A stretch of DNA of 64,000 nt from Candidatus Bathyarchaeota archaeon (GCA_963833125.1 CAWHWX010000016.1:256001-320000); one strand, 5' to 3'. Shown: positions 41,760-51,660, counted from the first letter of the stretch. Translations and numbers: made by a program. Notes: generated by a model not told the origin, from the sequence alone.

Positions 41760-44370
41760 ATGAAGAACCGTCTCATATGGAGCGCTTCGATCATTGTAGT
41801 CATGCTTCTAGTCCTCAGCGCAACTCCAATTCAGGCAGCGATAACCTTCGGCCGCTGGCGGGACATCAACCCAACTCAATATACCGGCGATCCTGCCGGC
41901 ACCTTACGAGGAATATACGTTCGCAACGGAGGCTCAGGCTCGATTGGAGCAGGAGATGGCTGGGCTGTGGGAGGAGACAACGTTAGCAACACTCAGCAAC
42001 CCGTTCTCGCGCACTACGACGGGTTTTCATGGCCGATCATCTCTTCCCCAATCGATAATGCTACTTACAATGCAGTAAACTTCTGCACCAGCCCTGGCGC
42101 GCCCGGAGTTGGACTATGTAATCCAAACGGCGACGGGTCCGACGGATGGATTGTAGGAAACTCAAATTCTTCAACTCACCCTGCTGGCTCAGCAGGTGGG
42201 ATAGCGCTATACTGGGATGGAGCCGCGCTGTCAGTACAAGATACAGGTCTGTCGGATGCTACAGAACCTGACTTCGGTCTTCATGGTTTGTCACTCGCCA
42301 GCGTACTCAACCGGATGCCCAAGCGGAGCAGCATTCGTCTCAGGGTTAACGTACGCCGTCGGCACGAATACCACCAATAGAGGCTCAATCTGGGCGTTCA
42401 GCGGGGATCCAAAGACCAGCGGCGGATGGATAGAGCAAAAGGTGGTTGGCGTTGCTACAACGCGTTACAACAGCGTCTACATGTTCCAGGACGGTGCTGG
42501 GAACCTGGAAGGATTCGCAGTCGGTGAGGGTGGAGTTGTAGCCAGACTATTCAGCGGAGGAAACACTTGGACTGCCACCTCAATCGGCGGAGCAGCAAAC
42601 AGTCTACTTGGCGTCTTTGTTGATCAAACAAATCCAATTGATGCATGGGCTGTTGGCCGCGGCGGACAAGTTTGGCATTTCTCTACAGGTATCTGGGCAG
42701 GTCCTGTGACACCCGCGGGCACGTCACGAGATCTGTATTCAGTTCAATTGGTGAGCACAAGTGAAGGATGGATTGTAGGCTCTAACGGCACCATACTTCA
42801 CTCAACAACACTTGGTGGAAGCAACAGCTGGTTAACGCTAACAACTCCCCTGCAAACTGCGGTGGGAGATGGTCACGGAAATGTGGGAACTGGGTTATAC
42901 AGTGCCAGTTTTCCAGCCAGCGGGAACGGATGGGCGGCAGGCGCTAACGGAGTGATCCTGCAAACCAGCAATTCAGGATGCGGTTCCGCAGTACCCCAAC
43001 CATGTTGGGGCGGGAGTACAAACATTTTGGACAGTACTCAACTCAATGCCGTTTGGGAATTGGGCCAGAGCGATGCTTGGGCAGGTGGGTTATTCAACGC
43101 TAGTAACGACTGTTGTTCACTGATCCATTGGGACGGTATCAAATGGCATAGGGCAAACGTCGCACCCAGCCAAACAATCCACCCAGACATCTGGACGATA
43201 TACATGCTCAGCTCAAGTGAAGGATGGGCTATGGGCGGTAACAGCACCCACACTGGTCCAGAAGCCTTGTTGTGGAACGGCCAAAGCTGGAATGGCCAGC
43301 CGATAGCGGGATGTGGCGCCGGCAACCCATGCGAACCCAGATCAGTATTCATGTTGAGCGGAGGAACCGGAGGAGATGGATGGGCGGTTGGATTGCATGG
43401 TGAGATTTGGAGGCATCAATCCGGTAGTTGGACTCTCTTCTCGCAGCCAACACTGAACAATCTAAATGGTGTGTTCATCAACAACCAAGGCGCTCCTGCC
43501 GGTACACCTGCGGGCTGGGCTGTCGGAAATAGCGGTACTGTTCTTGTGCTGACTATAACTGGCGGTGTCCCAGTTTGGACGGCACATGCGATCCCGCAAG
43601 TTGGTTCGAGTAATTTGAATGGTGTCTACTTCACTGATTCTACCCACGGCTGGATTGTTGGGTCCTCGTCCACAATCGTTCAAACAACCGACGGTGGAAA
43701 TACTTGGAGCGGCGGAACCGGACAGGTTACGGGGATAGCTACCGCGAACCTAACCTCCGTCTTTGTTGACACATTCGGAACGGGGTCAGGAAATGGTGAT
43801 GGTTGGGCCGTCGGCGATGATCAGTCCTCACCAGGAAATGCTGTATTTGCTCATTGGGACGGCGTATCATGGGTGTACACTCCACTCGTACCTCCAATAT
43901 TGGCAGGAAGTGTCACTCCGGGTATGTCCCTGCGATCAGTTTACCTGACTAACCCTCAAGACGGCTGGGCAGTTGGGCGACCCGTGAAAGGCGGAACCCT
44001 ATCGGGCATCATCCACCTCGATCCACAAAACCCGCCGGTTGTCGGACAACAAGCCACCGCTACAAATTCAACGAGTTCAAGTTCTGCAGCGACGACAACA
44101 AGCTCTTCAGCTTCAACAATAGAATCCAGCTCAAGCGCATCGACGATACCTGTGACTACTACGAGTCCGCTGACTATTACCTCGGTAAGCACGTCAGTAT
44201 CCACGATGACGGTAGCGAGCACGCCTACGACAGAGAGTAGTTCAACTACGATCTCGGTTTCGACTCCAATGGTGATGCCCGCAATACCGGGCTTCCCCTG
44301 GGAATCAATTATCGTGGGCGTCATGATTGGAATGACGGTGCTTGCAATAGTTAGGCGACGCAAGAAGTAA
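41760..44370 (+). CDS. Paralogous 14-repeat beta-propeller surface protein (frameshift ~42263)
   Basis: Shares WRDINP N-terminus, WAVG-type repeats, S/T stalk and IPGFPWES-TM-RRRKK with 38702; ORFs 41760-42380 and 42217-44370 join on removing one base. Confidence 0.85.
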
Positions 44371-44391
44371 CGCAGGATTCGTCATCCTGCG
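44371..44391 (+). terminator. Hairpin immediately after stop codon
   Basis: CGCAGGAT-TCGTC-ATCCTGCG followed by pyrimidine-rich run. Confidence 0.4.
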
Positions 44392-44397
44392 CTCTCC

Positions 44398-44420
44398 TAT
44401 TCTGAAGTATATTCAGAATA
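44398..44420. promoter_or_regulatory. AT-rich inverted repeat, candidate operator
   Basis: TATTCTGAA-GTATA-TTCAGAATA perfect 9-bp arms. Confidence 0.35.
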
Positions 44421-44594
44421 TTGAAATTTCCTTGTAAAATTCTTTCAAGCAAGGGCTTTTCGGAACGGCGATTGTTGACTCGAAACAGCATATTGTTAAC
44501 TAATCTTTTGAGAGCCGCGGAAAAATGACATGTGTTTGAGTGCGACCCTGGTTAGGTTTATCTTCAATGGTTCCCGCATTTTCTCAGATTCCAT

Positions 44595-45161
44595 TTGCGC
44601 AAACGGTCCTTGATCGTTGGGTCCATGGTGCTGGCCGCGGTTCTAGGCATGCTTAGCCTATCCGCGGCCTCCGCCGTGAACTCCCCCCAACAGTTAGCGA
44701 CCATATCCTTCACGATGACGACCACGTCTAACTACCTGGTTACAACCGCAGGTCCGCCATCGGTGAGCTTCAATTCCATTCAACTGGACACTAGCACGCC
44801 TCAGGCTTTCGCATTCGGAGTCAACGCAAAAGCTTCACAGGGTTTCACCATAACTGAGTTAGATTGGCAATTCGGCGACGGTTCGCCTATGCTCCGTGTG
44901 CCCTACTGTTGCCAGAGCGTGGTGAGCGAGGTACAATATCATTCATACCAGCCGCCATTCCAACAATCATACACCGTCACCGTCATTGCCTACGATAACA
45001 GCGGAGGCAGCCCAGGTTACGCAACTGCAACAGTGAACTGGCCCACACCCGTCCCAGAATATCCCAGCCTGGCCATCCCACTACTAGGCGCACTCTTAGC
45101 CGCACTAGCCACGGTCAAGTACGCAAAGAATACTCGACCTAGGCGTTCAGCATTCTTCTAA
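44595..45161 (+). CDS. Secreted PKD-domain protein with PEF-CTERM-like anchor
   Basis: Signal peptide, WQFGDGS, H.Y....Y.VTV...D, VPEYP-TM-basic tail. Confidence 0.8.
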   Translation: MRKRSLIVGSMVLAAVLGMLSLSAASAVNSPQQLATISFTMTTTSNYLVTTAGPPSVSFNSIQLDTSTPQAFAFGVNAKASQGFTITELDWQFGDGSPMLRVPYCCQSVVSEVQYHSYQPPFQQSYTVTVIAYDNSGGSPGYATATVNWPTPVPEYPSLAIPLLGALLAALATVKYAKNTRPRRSAFF

Positions 45162-45335
45162 CGGGCCACTCGTAAGCGGCCAGTTCGTAACCTTTACCAC
45201 AGCCTAGTCGTTGAGCCATGATCGTAGATCTGGCCTCCAAGTCTCATCGTTATTGAACTTGCAGCGGCGATTCTTCCAGTCTGTATCCTCTGTGACGCCT
45301 GCTTATTCGAAGGCGGGGCAGGTGATTTTTGTTGC

Positions 45336-46139
45336 ATGAATGCTCTATTAACAAGGGAGTGGGAGATGGGATTTATTCTCGTGAGGCAAGAAAGTAATTT
45401 GCGTTCGCTAGGCTCCTTCTCCTCAAGAAGCGTAGCGTTATGCCTAGGAGAACGGGTTCCTTTCATGCTGAGTGTCGTCTTAGGAACTCTTCTGATTACC
45501 GTCGGCCTTTTTCCTGTTCACGCCGCCTCGGCACTCGTGCAGCAGAATAATGTGGAATGTTCCAACTGCACAAGTACACTTTCTGTCTCTTTCAAAAGTG
45601 GTGTTACAAGTGGGGATGTGATAGTAGTAGGTGTCGTTGTTGCTGATGCTTCCTTCACATTAAGCTCTCTCACAGACTCCTTGAGTTCAACGTTCACTCA
45701 AGCAGTAACATCAACCAACACACCGCCGCCAACCGTCTATATTTTCTACGCCACCCTCTCTTCTACTGGGACTGATATCGTTACAGCGACCTTTAGCGCT
45801 GCTGCACCAGCCGAGAGCGTTTACATCTACGAAGTCTCAGGTGTTAGAACTACGGGATTGGCAACAGCCACCGGCTCGGGTCTAGGCGCATCCATTTCAA
45901 CCTCGTTGCCTGTCACCTTTCAGGCTGGAGCCTTTCTACTTGGAATCATAGCAACGAACAATTTCGCTGGAAACGTTACTACCGGAACAGGTTTTGCTCC
46001 TAGCGAGGATAATTCTGGCATAGGCGTTACGCATGCTCAGTATTCTATATCCAATTTCACTTCAACCACAAACTTCCCAGCGACTACCAATTCGGTAGTC
46101 GGTTGGGTGGAAGATGGGATAGCGCTCATGTCCATTTAG
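45336..46139 (+). CDS. Secreted Ser/Thr-rich beta-sandwich protein
   Basis: Signal peptide ending PVHA, LVQ...GD.IVV...DS....FT...YE.SG pattern; start uncertain. Confidence 0.65.
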   Translation: MNALLTREWEMGFILVRQESNLRSLGSFSSRSVALCLGERVPFMLSVVLGTLLITVGLFPVHAASALVQQNNVECSNCTSTLSVSFKSGVTSGDVIVVGVVVADASFTLSSLTDSLSSTFTQAVTSTNTPPPTVYIFYATLSSTGTDIVTATFSAAAPAESVYIYEVSGVRTTGLATATGSGLGASISTSLPVTFQAGAFLLGIIATNNFAGNVTTGTGFAPSEDNSGIGVTHAQYSISNFTSTTNFPATTNSVVGWVEDGIALMSI

Positions 46140-46291
46140 ACCGACAGCTTCGTTCGCAGTACCGACCCGCATCCCGTTAATCAGTGTCGTTTGAAGAGCA
46201 GGTTTTGAAAGATAGGCCCCCCTGTGGGGCGCTTAAAAAGGGCTTATATATGGAGGTGGTTTACGAATTTGTTAAACCCGCTTTATATAAG

Positions 46292-46873
46292 GTGGAGAGT
46301 CTGCCAATAGTCAAGAAAGCTTTCATCAACATCGAAAACGTCGTCGCCTCTGCGACTCTTCATCAGAACATTGACCTAAACTCCATAGTTCGCGTATTCC
46401 CAGGCGTTGAATATCGCCCCGAGCAATTCCCCGGACTAGTCTACAGGCTCAAGAAACCCAAGACTGCGACGCTAATCTTCAGTTCTGGAAAAATGGTTTG
46501 TACAGGAGCGAAGTCAGAGCGACAGGCTAGAAAAGCGGTCATGAAAGTTGTTGATGAGTTGAAGAGAAACGGGATCGTAATCTTCGGAAAGCCTGAGATT
46601 ATGATTCAGAACATAGTCGCCTCGGCTGGACTAGGAGGCGCCATTGATCTAGAGAAATCAACCTATTCACTCAAGCGCACCATGTACGAACCTGAGCAAT
46701 TTCCTGGTTTGATCTACCGAATGGACGACCCGAAAGTAGTGATCCTGCTTTTCGCAAGCGGAAAATTGGTTTGCACAGGCGCCAAGAAAGAAACTGAAGT
46801 ACACAGGGCTGTAGCAAAACTGCAAGGAACTCTCGAAGAGAAAGCTCTCATAAGCTACGAACCACCACCCTAA
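46292..46873 (+). CDS. tbp: TATA-box binding protein
   Basis: Two repeats NVVAS/NIVAS, Y.PEQFPGL.YR, L.F.SGK.VCTGAK; start GTG 46292 or CTG 46301. Confidence 0.98.
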   Translation: MESLPIVKKAFINIENVVASATLHQNIDLNSIVRVFPGVEYRPEQFPGLVYRLKKPKTATLIFSSGKMVCTGAKSERQARKAVMKVVDELKRNGIVIFGKPEIMIQNIVASAGLGGAIDLEKSTYSLKRTMYEPEQFPGLIYRMDDPKVVILLFASGKLVCTGAKKETEVHRAVAKLQGTLEEKALISYEPPP

Positions 46874-46969
46874 ACCGGAAATCGATTCCTGGCCATCTCC
46901 GATGGCCGAGCAAATGAACCAGTCAATCCAACGCATCTTACTCGTTAAGCGTAACTGAGAATAGCAAGG

Positions 46970-47260
46970 ATGGCATTGGTGTCTTCCGTGGTTGTGATGT
47001 CAGAGAAGCGGAAGATTGGCGCTTATGTTCTTATCAAAATTGCACCTGGAAAATCCAGGTCAATCACCGAGCAAATTTCTAAAGTCGAGGGTGTAAAGAC
47101 GGCCCATCCCGTGACGGGCATGTTTGACATCATCGCATTCGTCGAAGGGTCCGACATCAACAACCTCACCGGAATCGTCAGGTCCAAAATACAAACGATT
47201 GAAGGTATCTTGCGAACTCACACGGCCATCGTAGGCGAACTCATGACAACAGGCGATTAG
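46970..47260 (+). CDS. Lrp/AsnC ligand-binding-domain protein
   Basis: AYVLIK..PG, V..AH.VTG.FDII, RT.TAI. Confidence 0.9.
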   Translation: MALVSSVVVMSEKRKIGAYVLIKIAPGKSRSITEQISKVEGVKTAHPVTGMFDIIAFVEGSDINNLTGIVRSKIQTIEGILRTHTAIVGELMTTGD

Positions 47261-47272
47261 CCTGGTGCCAGA

Positions 47273-47839
47273 TCAGTTGCTCATTTCTAATGCGAACGCT
47301 TTCGCGGTTTGCGATTTCTTTGACTCATCATATTCCATTGCTATGATCAAGAAGACAAGTAATACGATCAGTATCCAACCCAGAGGGCCTCGAAGTTCCA
47401 GGCTGAGCAGGCCAATGTAGGGTATCTTCGTAACGTAGACGCCTATCAGGTTCGCTCCGGGTACTTTCCATCCGTCGGCAACGCCGTTGTTGTCGCCTTT
47501 GGTCGAGAAGAATATTTGCCCGCCTTCATTGTCGATGGCGATGACCCTATGCACGATCACGGTGGGATAATCATATGGGCTGTGGAAGATGATGATCGTT
47601 CCAACAGTCACAGTGCTCGGGTCCGTACCCCTAACAATTATGATGTCACCGACATTTAGGGTGGGGATCATGCTGCCTGAAGAAACGACCATCAACGGTG
47701 AGTCGGTTTGAAGAGCAACCCGCATCGCTCCCACGGAGCCCAGGGTTACACCGAATAGAATCACGATCAGTACTACAACTCTTGCGACAGGATTAGCCTT
47801 CAGTACACTTCGGACTTCGGAAATTGGGCCGTTTGACAA
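47273..47839 (-). CDS. Signal peptidase I (Sec11 type)
   Basis: VSSGSM.P....GD, IVHRV, TKGDNN..D, IPYIG. Confidence 0.93.
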   Translation of the reverse strand: MSNGPISEVRSVLKANPVARVVVLIVILFGVTLGSVGAMRVALQTDSPLMVVSSGSMIPTLNVGDIIIVRGTDPSTVTVGTIIIFHSPYDYPTVIVHRVIAIDNEGGQIFFSTKGDNNGVADGWKVPGANLIGVYVTKIPYIGLLSLELRGPLGWILIVLLVFLIIAMEYDESKKSQTAKAFALEMSN

Positions 47840-47910
47840 ATACCGATCGCAGCTTCGAACTCGTTCTTGATTGATATTGCTTTCCGTTCCGACGAAACCC
47901 AATTCTAGAA

Positions 47911-48255
47911 CTAGGGCTTCTCCGCAGCCGTTTGGCCTTGTATGATTCTTGCCAGTTCGAGGGTTGCGCGTTCCCCTGCTTCCAGGAAGTTGATTCCACC
48001 TTCTGTTATCTTATAGATTCTTCTTCCCCGACCTTTTTGTGCTTCCCATTCGCCTTGGATGTAGCCGTCTGCTTCCAACGAGTGCAGGAGTGGGTATAGA
48101 GTGCCAGCGCTCAGGTAAACGCGATATCTATCTCGAATAGCTATGTTGACCTCATATCCCCATTGTGGCTTGGCTCGCAGGAGTCTGAGTATGATCAGGT
48201 CTAGGTTGTTTTTCACAACCCGTTCGCGCCAATCTTTCTCTATGTTCCTGATCAA
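47911..48255 (-). CDS. PadR family transcriptional regulator
   Basis: WGYE, S.GTLYPLLHSLE..G.I, R.Y.IT..G. Confidence 0.93.
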   Translation of the reverse strand: MIRNIEKDWRERVVKNNLDLIILRLLRAKPQWGYEVNIAIRDRYRVYLSAGTLYPLLHSLEADGYIQGEWEAQKGRGRRIYKITEGGINFLEAGERATLELARIIQGQTAAEKP

Positions 48256-48387
48256 GTATTCGGCCCCATGAAGCTCTCGCTATCATTCCTCTGGAATTCT
48301 GCATTTACAGCGATTGTTCTTGGAATTATAATTACCCGTCGCCTGGATGCCCTATTTGAACGATTTACCCAATATACGGAACTTAGA

Positions 48388-48627
48388 TCATTCTGCTATT
48401 GCGACTTGGCTTCCTTGTCCAAGGCCTAAGGGTTGTTCTTCGAACTTCACGATGAGAAAATCATCTTCCACGCCAATGACTTTGCCCTTGAAATCCTTGG
48501 TTTTAGAGAATTGGAAGGTCGCTTCGTGGCCGATGAATGAGTCAAGGTTCGGCTCGGAAAGGGTTATCCAGGCTTTGTTTTCCTGATCGTCGAACGTTAT
48601 AACTACACCAATCATAGATTCAACCAC
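48388..48627 (-). CDS. Acidic small protein with L35Ae (eL33)-like pattern
   Basis: GVV..F...FIG...FKGKV.GV...VKFE....G...G..V.I parallels archaeal L35Ae but lacks its basic residues. Confidence 0.55.
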   Translation of the reverse strand: MVESMIGVVITFDDQENKAWITLSEPNLDSFIGHEATFQFSKTKDFKGKVIGVEDDFLIVKFEEQPLGLGQGSQVAIAE

Positions 48628-48717
48628 AATATTCTACCTAACAATACCTATTGTTGAAGCTTTGCCAACCCGCCACGCATCTTCTAACCTAGCCGTTTAA
48701 TTATGGTGCGTCAGTGG

Positions 48718-49200
48718 TCATTCCTCGCGTCTGCCGATTTCCTGGAGTCTTGCCTTCCGCCTTTCCTGCGCTTCTGTCCAACGTCGCTTGTCTTCGTCGG
48801 TCTCCAATTTGAGTGGGGGTACGGCGGCGGGTTTTCGGTTCTTATCTAGTCCGACATAGGTCAGGAAGGAGGTTCCTGTGTGGCGTACCTCTCCTGTGAA
48901 GGGGTTCTCGGCTTCGACGCGAACTCCCACCTCCATTGAGGTGCGGTGAACGAAGTTGATGGATGCGTTTAGCCGGAGCATGTCTCCTATGTAGACGGGG
49001 GAGTAGAAGTCCATTCTGTCAACGGAAGCGGTGACAACGTTTGTGCGTGCGTGTTTTAGGGCCACCACTGATCCAACCTCATCGATCAGTCGCAAGATTG
49101 CCCCTCCGAAAACATTGCCGGAATTGTTCGCGTCCATAGGCATCATGATCCTAACCATAATAGTTGTGGACTCTCGCGGAGTCTTTGCCGCTTGGGACAT
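48718..49200 (-). CDS. Acyl-CoA thioesterase (hotdog fold)
   Basis: DAN..GNVFGG.IL..IDE, VVTASVD..DF, TSMEVGV.V. Confidence 0.93.
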   Translation of the reverse strand: MSQAAKTPRESTTIMVRIMMPMDANNSGNVFGGAILRLIDEVGSVVALKHARTNVVTASVDRMDFYSPVYIGDMLRLNASINFVHRTSMEVGVRVEAENPFTGEVRHTGTSFLTYVGLDKNRKPAAVPPLKLETDEDKRRWTEAQERRKARLQEIGRREE

Positions 49201-49502
49201 GGTTTCACTCGTCGGAACCCGAGATGTTGCCGGGCAATTAATTGCTTTTGAGAGACAGGCCCTTAACCAAGAGTGTTAGAGCGAATTTTGTAGAGGCCAC
49301 GAGATTTCAGGAGTTTCAGACGGTAACGTCAATTTGTCGGGGTTGCTGCTGCAAACTGCTTCGTATGGGGGGATCGAGGCGTAAAATGAGCCGAGGGGAA
49401 CCTTCATTTGGCACCGTTTGGCACCACCCCTCGAGGGGTGGATCCACCCACTTAATTCCGCACAGAAAACAAGAAGAACCCCTTAACAACCGTTACGTGA
49501 CG

Positions 49503-49742
49503 TTACCTTTCAGACTGCAGGTACTGGGTTGAGAACCGTCCAAGTTCTTTCACAAGGTCGTTCATGTGGTGGAAGGGGGGATGTGTCATACATCCCATGT
49601 CGGTTGTTAGAGGCCTCTGGGGGAGGGCGTAGTTTTCTATGGCGGAAGGGAGCTGGGCGGATGGTGCGTTTCGGTCATTTCCCACGGTTTTGATGGAATT
49701 TACGGGTTTAGATGGGTCTAGGATGGCAAAGCGGGTACCCAC
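49503..49742 (-). CDS. Hypothetical small protein divergent from tes
   Basis: AAGGTGA Shine-Dalgarno just upstream of GTG; no recognisable domain. Confidence 0.35.
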   Translation of the reverse strand: MGTRFAILDPSKPVNSIKTVGNDRNAPSAQLPSAIENYALPQRPLTTDMGCMTHPPFHHMNDLVKELGRFSTQYLQSER

Positions 49743-49825
49743 GTTTCACCTTATCTTTGGTTTGGAAACCGTTAATATAGATGGAGTCGTTCGGCGGGAT
49801 AAGTTCACCTTAGACGGTGGTTAAT

Positions 49826-51493
49826 ATGGAAACAATTCAGATAGAAAGAACTGAGACTAAACAAATTCGAGAGACCCGAAGCATCTGCCCCGACTGCAAC
49901 AGAATCCTTCCCGCAAACGTGTACGAACGAGAAGGAAAGATTTGGATAAGCAAAACCTGCCCAGAGCACGGGGAGGTTGAGGAACTTTACTTTGGTTCCG
50001 CTGACATGTACTATAAGTTCGCCAAGTATTCGCACAATGGAAAGGGTATCGAGAACCCGAACGTACCCTTAGAGAAGTGTGCTTGCCCAACCAACTGCGG
50101 GCTGTGTACAAGCCATCTAAGCCACTCAGGCTTAACTAACCTAGTAATCACTAACCGATGCGATCTTACCTGCTGGTACTGCTTCTTCTACGCCAAGAAA
50201 GGCGTCGAAGGCGCCTACGTGTACGAACCGACCCTCGAAAAGATCCGTGAAATGGTTCAGGTTCTCAGAGCTGAGAGACCAGTTCCTGGAAACGCAATCC
50301 AAATCACTGGTGGAGAACCAACTCTACGCAGCGACCTTACTGAGATTATCAAAATCTGCAGAGAAGAAGGAGTTGAGCACATACAGCTCAACAGCAACGC
50401 CATCAATCTGGCGCAAGACCCCGAGATGGCGGGACGAATTCGAAGGGCAGGCGTGAACACTGTTTACATGAGTTTTGACGGAGTTACGCCGAGGACGAAC
50501 CCTAAGAATCACTGGGAAGCCCCGATTGCAATTGAGGAGTGCAGGAAGGTCGCTTTGGGTGTAGTTTTAGTCCCAACGGTCATTAAGAGCATTAACGACC
50601 ACGAACTAGGCGGTCTCATCCGGTTCGGACAACGGAACATGGATGTAATTCACGCAGTCAACTTCCAACCAGTTTCTCTCACAGGCCGACTATCGAAGAC
50701 CGAGAGGGAGAAATACCGAATAACGATCCCCGACTGCATCGAACGCATCGAGGAACAAACAAACGGAGAAGTAGGGAGAGAAACATGGTTCCCAGTCCCA
50801 AGCTGCGTCCCAATCACACACTTCGTCGAAGCCTTAACGAAGCGTCCCCGATACGAGCTCTCCATACACTTCGCGTGCGGCGCAGGTACCTATGTGTTCA
50901 AAGACGGCGACAAACTCGTCCCACTAGCCTCCTTCGTCGACTTAGAAGGGCTACTGGAATTCCTGGAAGAGAAAGCGGACGAACTCAATGCCGGCAAGAG
51001 CAAGTACCTGGTCGTAGCCAAAGTGCTAGCGAAGATGGGAACATTCATCGACAGAAGCAAACAACCCAAAGGCTTAGCGTTGAGTAAACTACTCTTCAAC
51101 GCACTCGTCAAGAACGACTACACCGCCCTGGGCGCTTTCCACCACAAATCAATGTTCCTCGGCATGATGCACTTCATGGACAAATACAACCACGACGAAG
51201 AACGCCTACGAAGATGCGACATCCACTACCTCAGCCCAGACATGAGAATAATCCCATTCTGCGCCTTCAACGTAATCCCAGAATGGTACAGGGACGCTAT
51301 CCAACCAAAGTACGGAATCCCAATCGCGGAATGGGAAAAAGCCCACAACACAACCCTAGAACAAGGCCTCTACAAGGGCACTCTACGAAAAGGTAAAGGT
51401 CACTCCGCAGGATGCGGATGCCCACTCGGCGCAGTCAACACACCAAGCTCCGAACTCTTGACCATCGAAAACGGCATGATCAAGACAAAGTAA
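49826..51493 (+). CDS. tes: Tetraether lipid synthase (GDGT-MAS, radical SAM)
   Basis: N-terminal S.CP.C...K.CPEHG, CP.NCGLC..H, TNRCDL.CWYCF, NFQPVS, HF.CG, RC.IHY...D.RIIPFC. Confidence 0.92.
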   Translation: METIQIERTETKQIRETRSICPDCNRILPANVYEREGKIWISKTCPEHGEVEELYFGSADMYYKFAKYSHNGKGIENPNVPLEKCACPTNCGLCTSHLSHSGLTNLVITNRCDLTCWYCFFYAKKGVEGAYVYEPTLEKIREMVQVLRAERPVPGNAIQITGGEPTLRSDLTEIIKICREEGVEHIQLNSNAINLAQDPEMAGRIRRAGVNTVYMSFDGVTPRTNPKNHWEAPIAIEECRKVALGVVLVPTVIKSINDHELGGLIRFGQRNMDVIHAVNFQPVSLTGRLSKTEREKYRITIPDCIERIEEQTNGEVGRETWFPVPSCVPITHFVEALTKRPRYELSIHFACGAGTYVFKDGDKLVPLASFVDLEGLLEFLEEKADELNAGKSKYLVVAKVLAKMGTFIDRSKQPKGLALSKLLFNALVKNDYTALGAFHHKSMFLGMMHFMDKYNHDEERLRRCDIHYLSPDMRIIPFCAFNVIPEWYRDAIQPKYGIPIAEWEKAHNTTLEQGLYKGTLRKGKGHSAGCGCPLGAVNTPSSELLTIENGMIKTK

Positions 51494-51510
51494 CACCTCC
51501 AGAATTAATA

Positions 51511-51547
51511 CCCCCTCAACTCCTTCCCTTCCCATTTCCATTTTTAT
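51511..51547 (+). terminator. Pyrimidine/oligo-T archaeal terminator after tes
   Basis: CCCCCTCAACTCCTTCCCTTCCCATTTCCATTTTTAT. Confidence 0.4.
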
Positions 51548-51575
51548 CATGTAGAGTACTCTCTGAAACTTTGGT

Positions 51576-51647
51576 GTGAAACAGAGGTCTTTTCCAAGGC
51601 CTCAACCTGAACGTTTTTCAGTGAAACAGATTCTTACTAAGGCCTCA
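51576..51647 (+). repeat. Imperfect tandem direct repeat upstream of geranylgeranyl reductase
   Basis: GTGAAACAGA-N10-AAGGCCTCA (51576-51604) and GTGAAACAGA-N8-AAGGCCTCA (51621-51647). Confidence 0.6.
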
Positions 51648-51660
51648 GAGGTAGTCCGGC

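Noticed and set aside
38800-44000. CRISPR array or DGR-type repeats
   Set aside because: Repeats are degenerate protein-level blades; no identical DNA repeats, cas genes or reverse transcriptase
49380-49660. RNase P or SRP RNA (GCACAGAAA and GGAAGGGAGC fragments)
   Set aside because: Only short motif matches; the conserved P4 or helix-8 context could not be built
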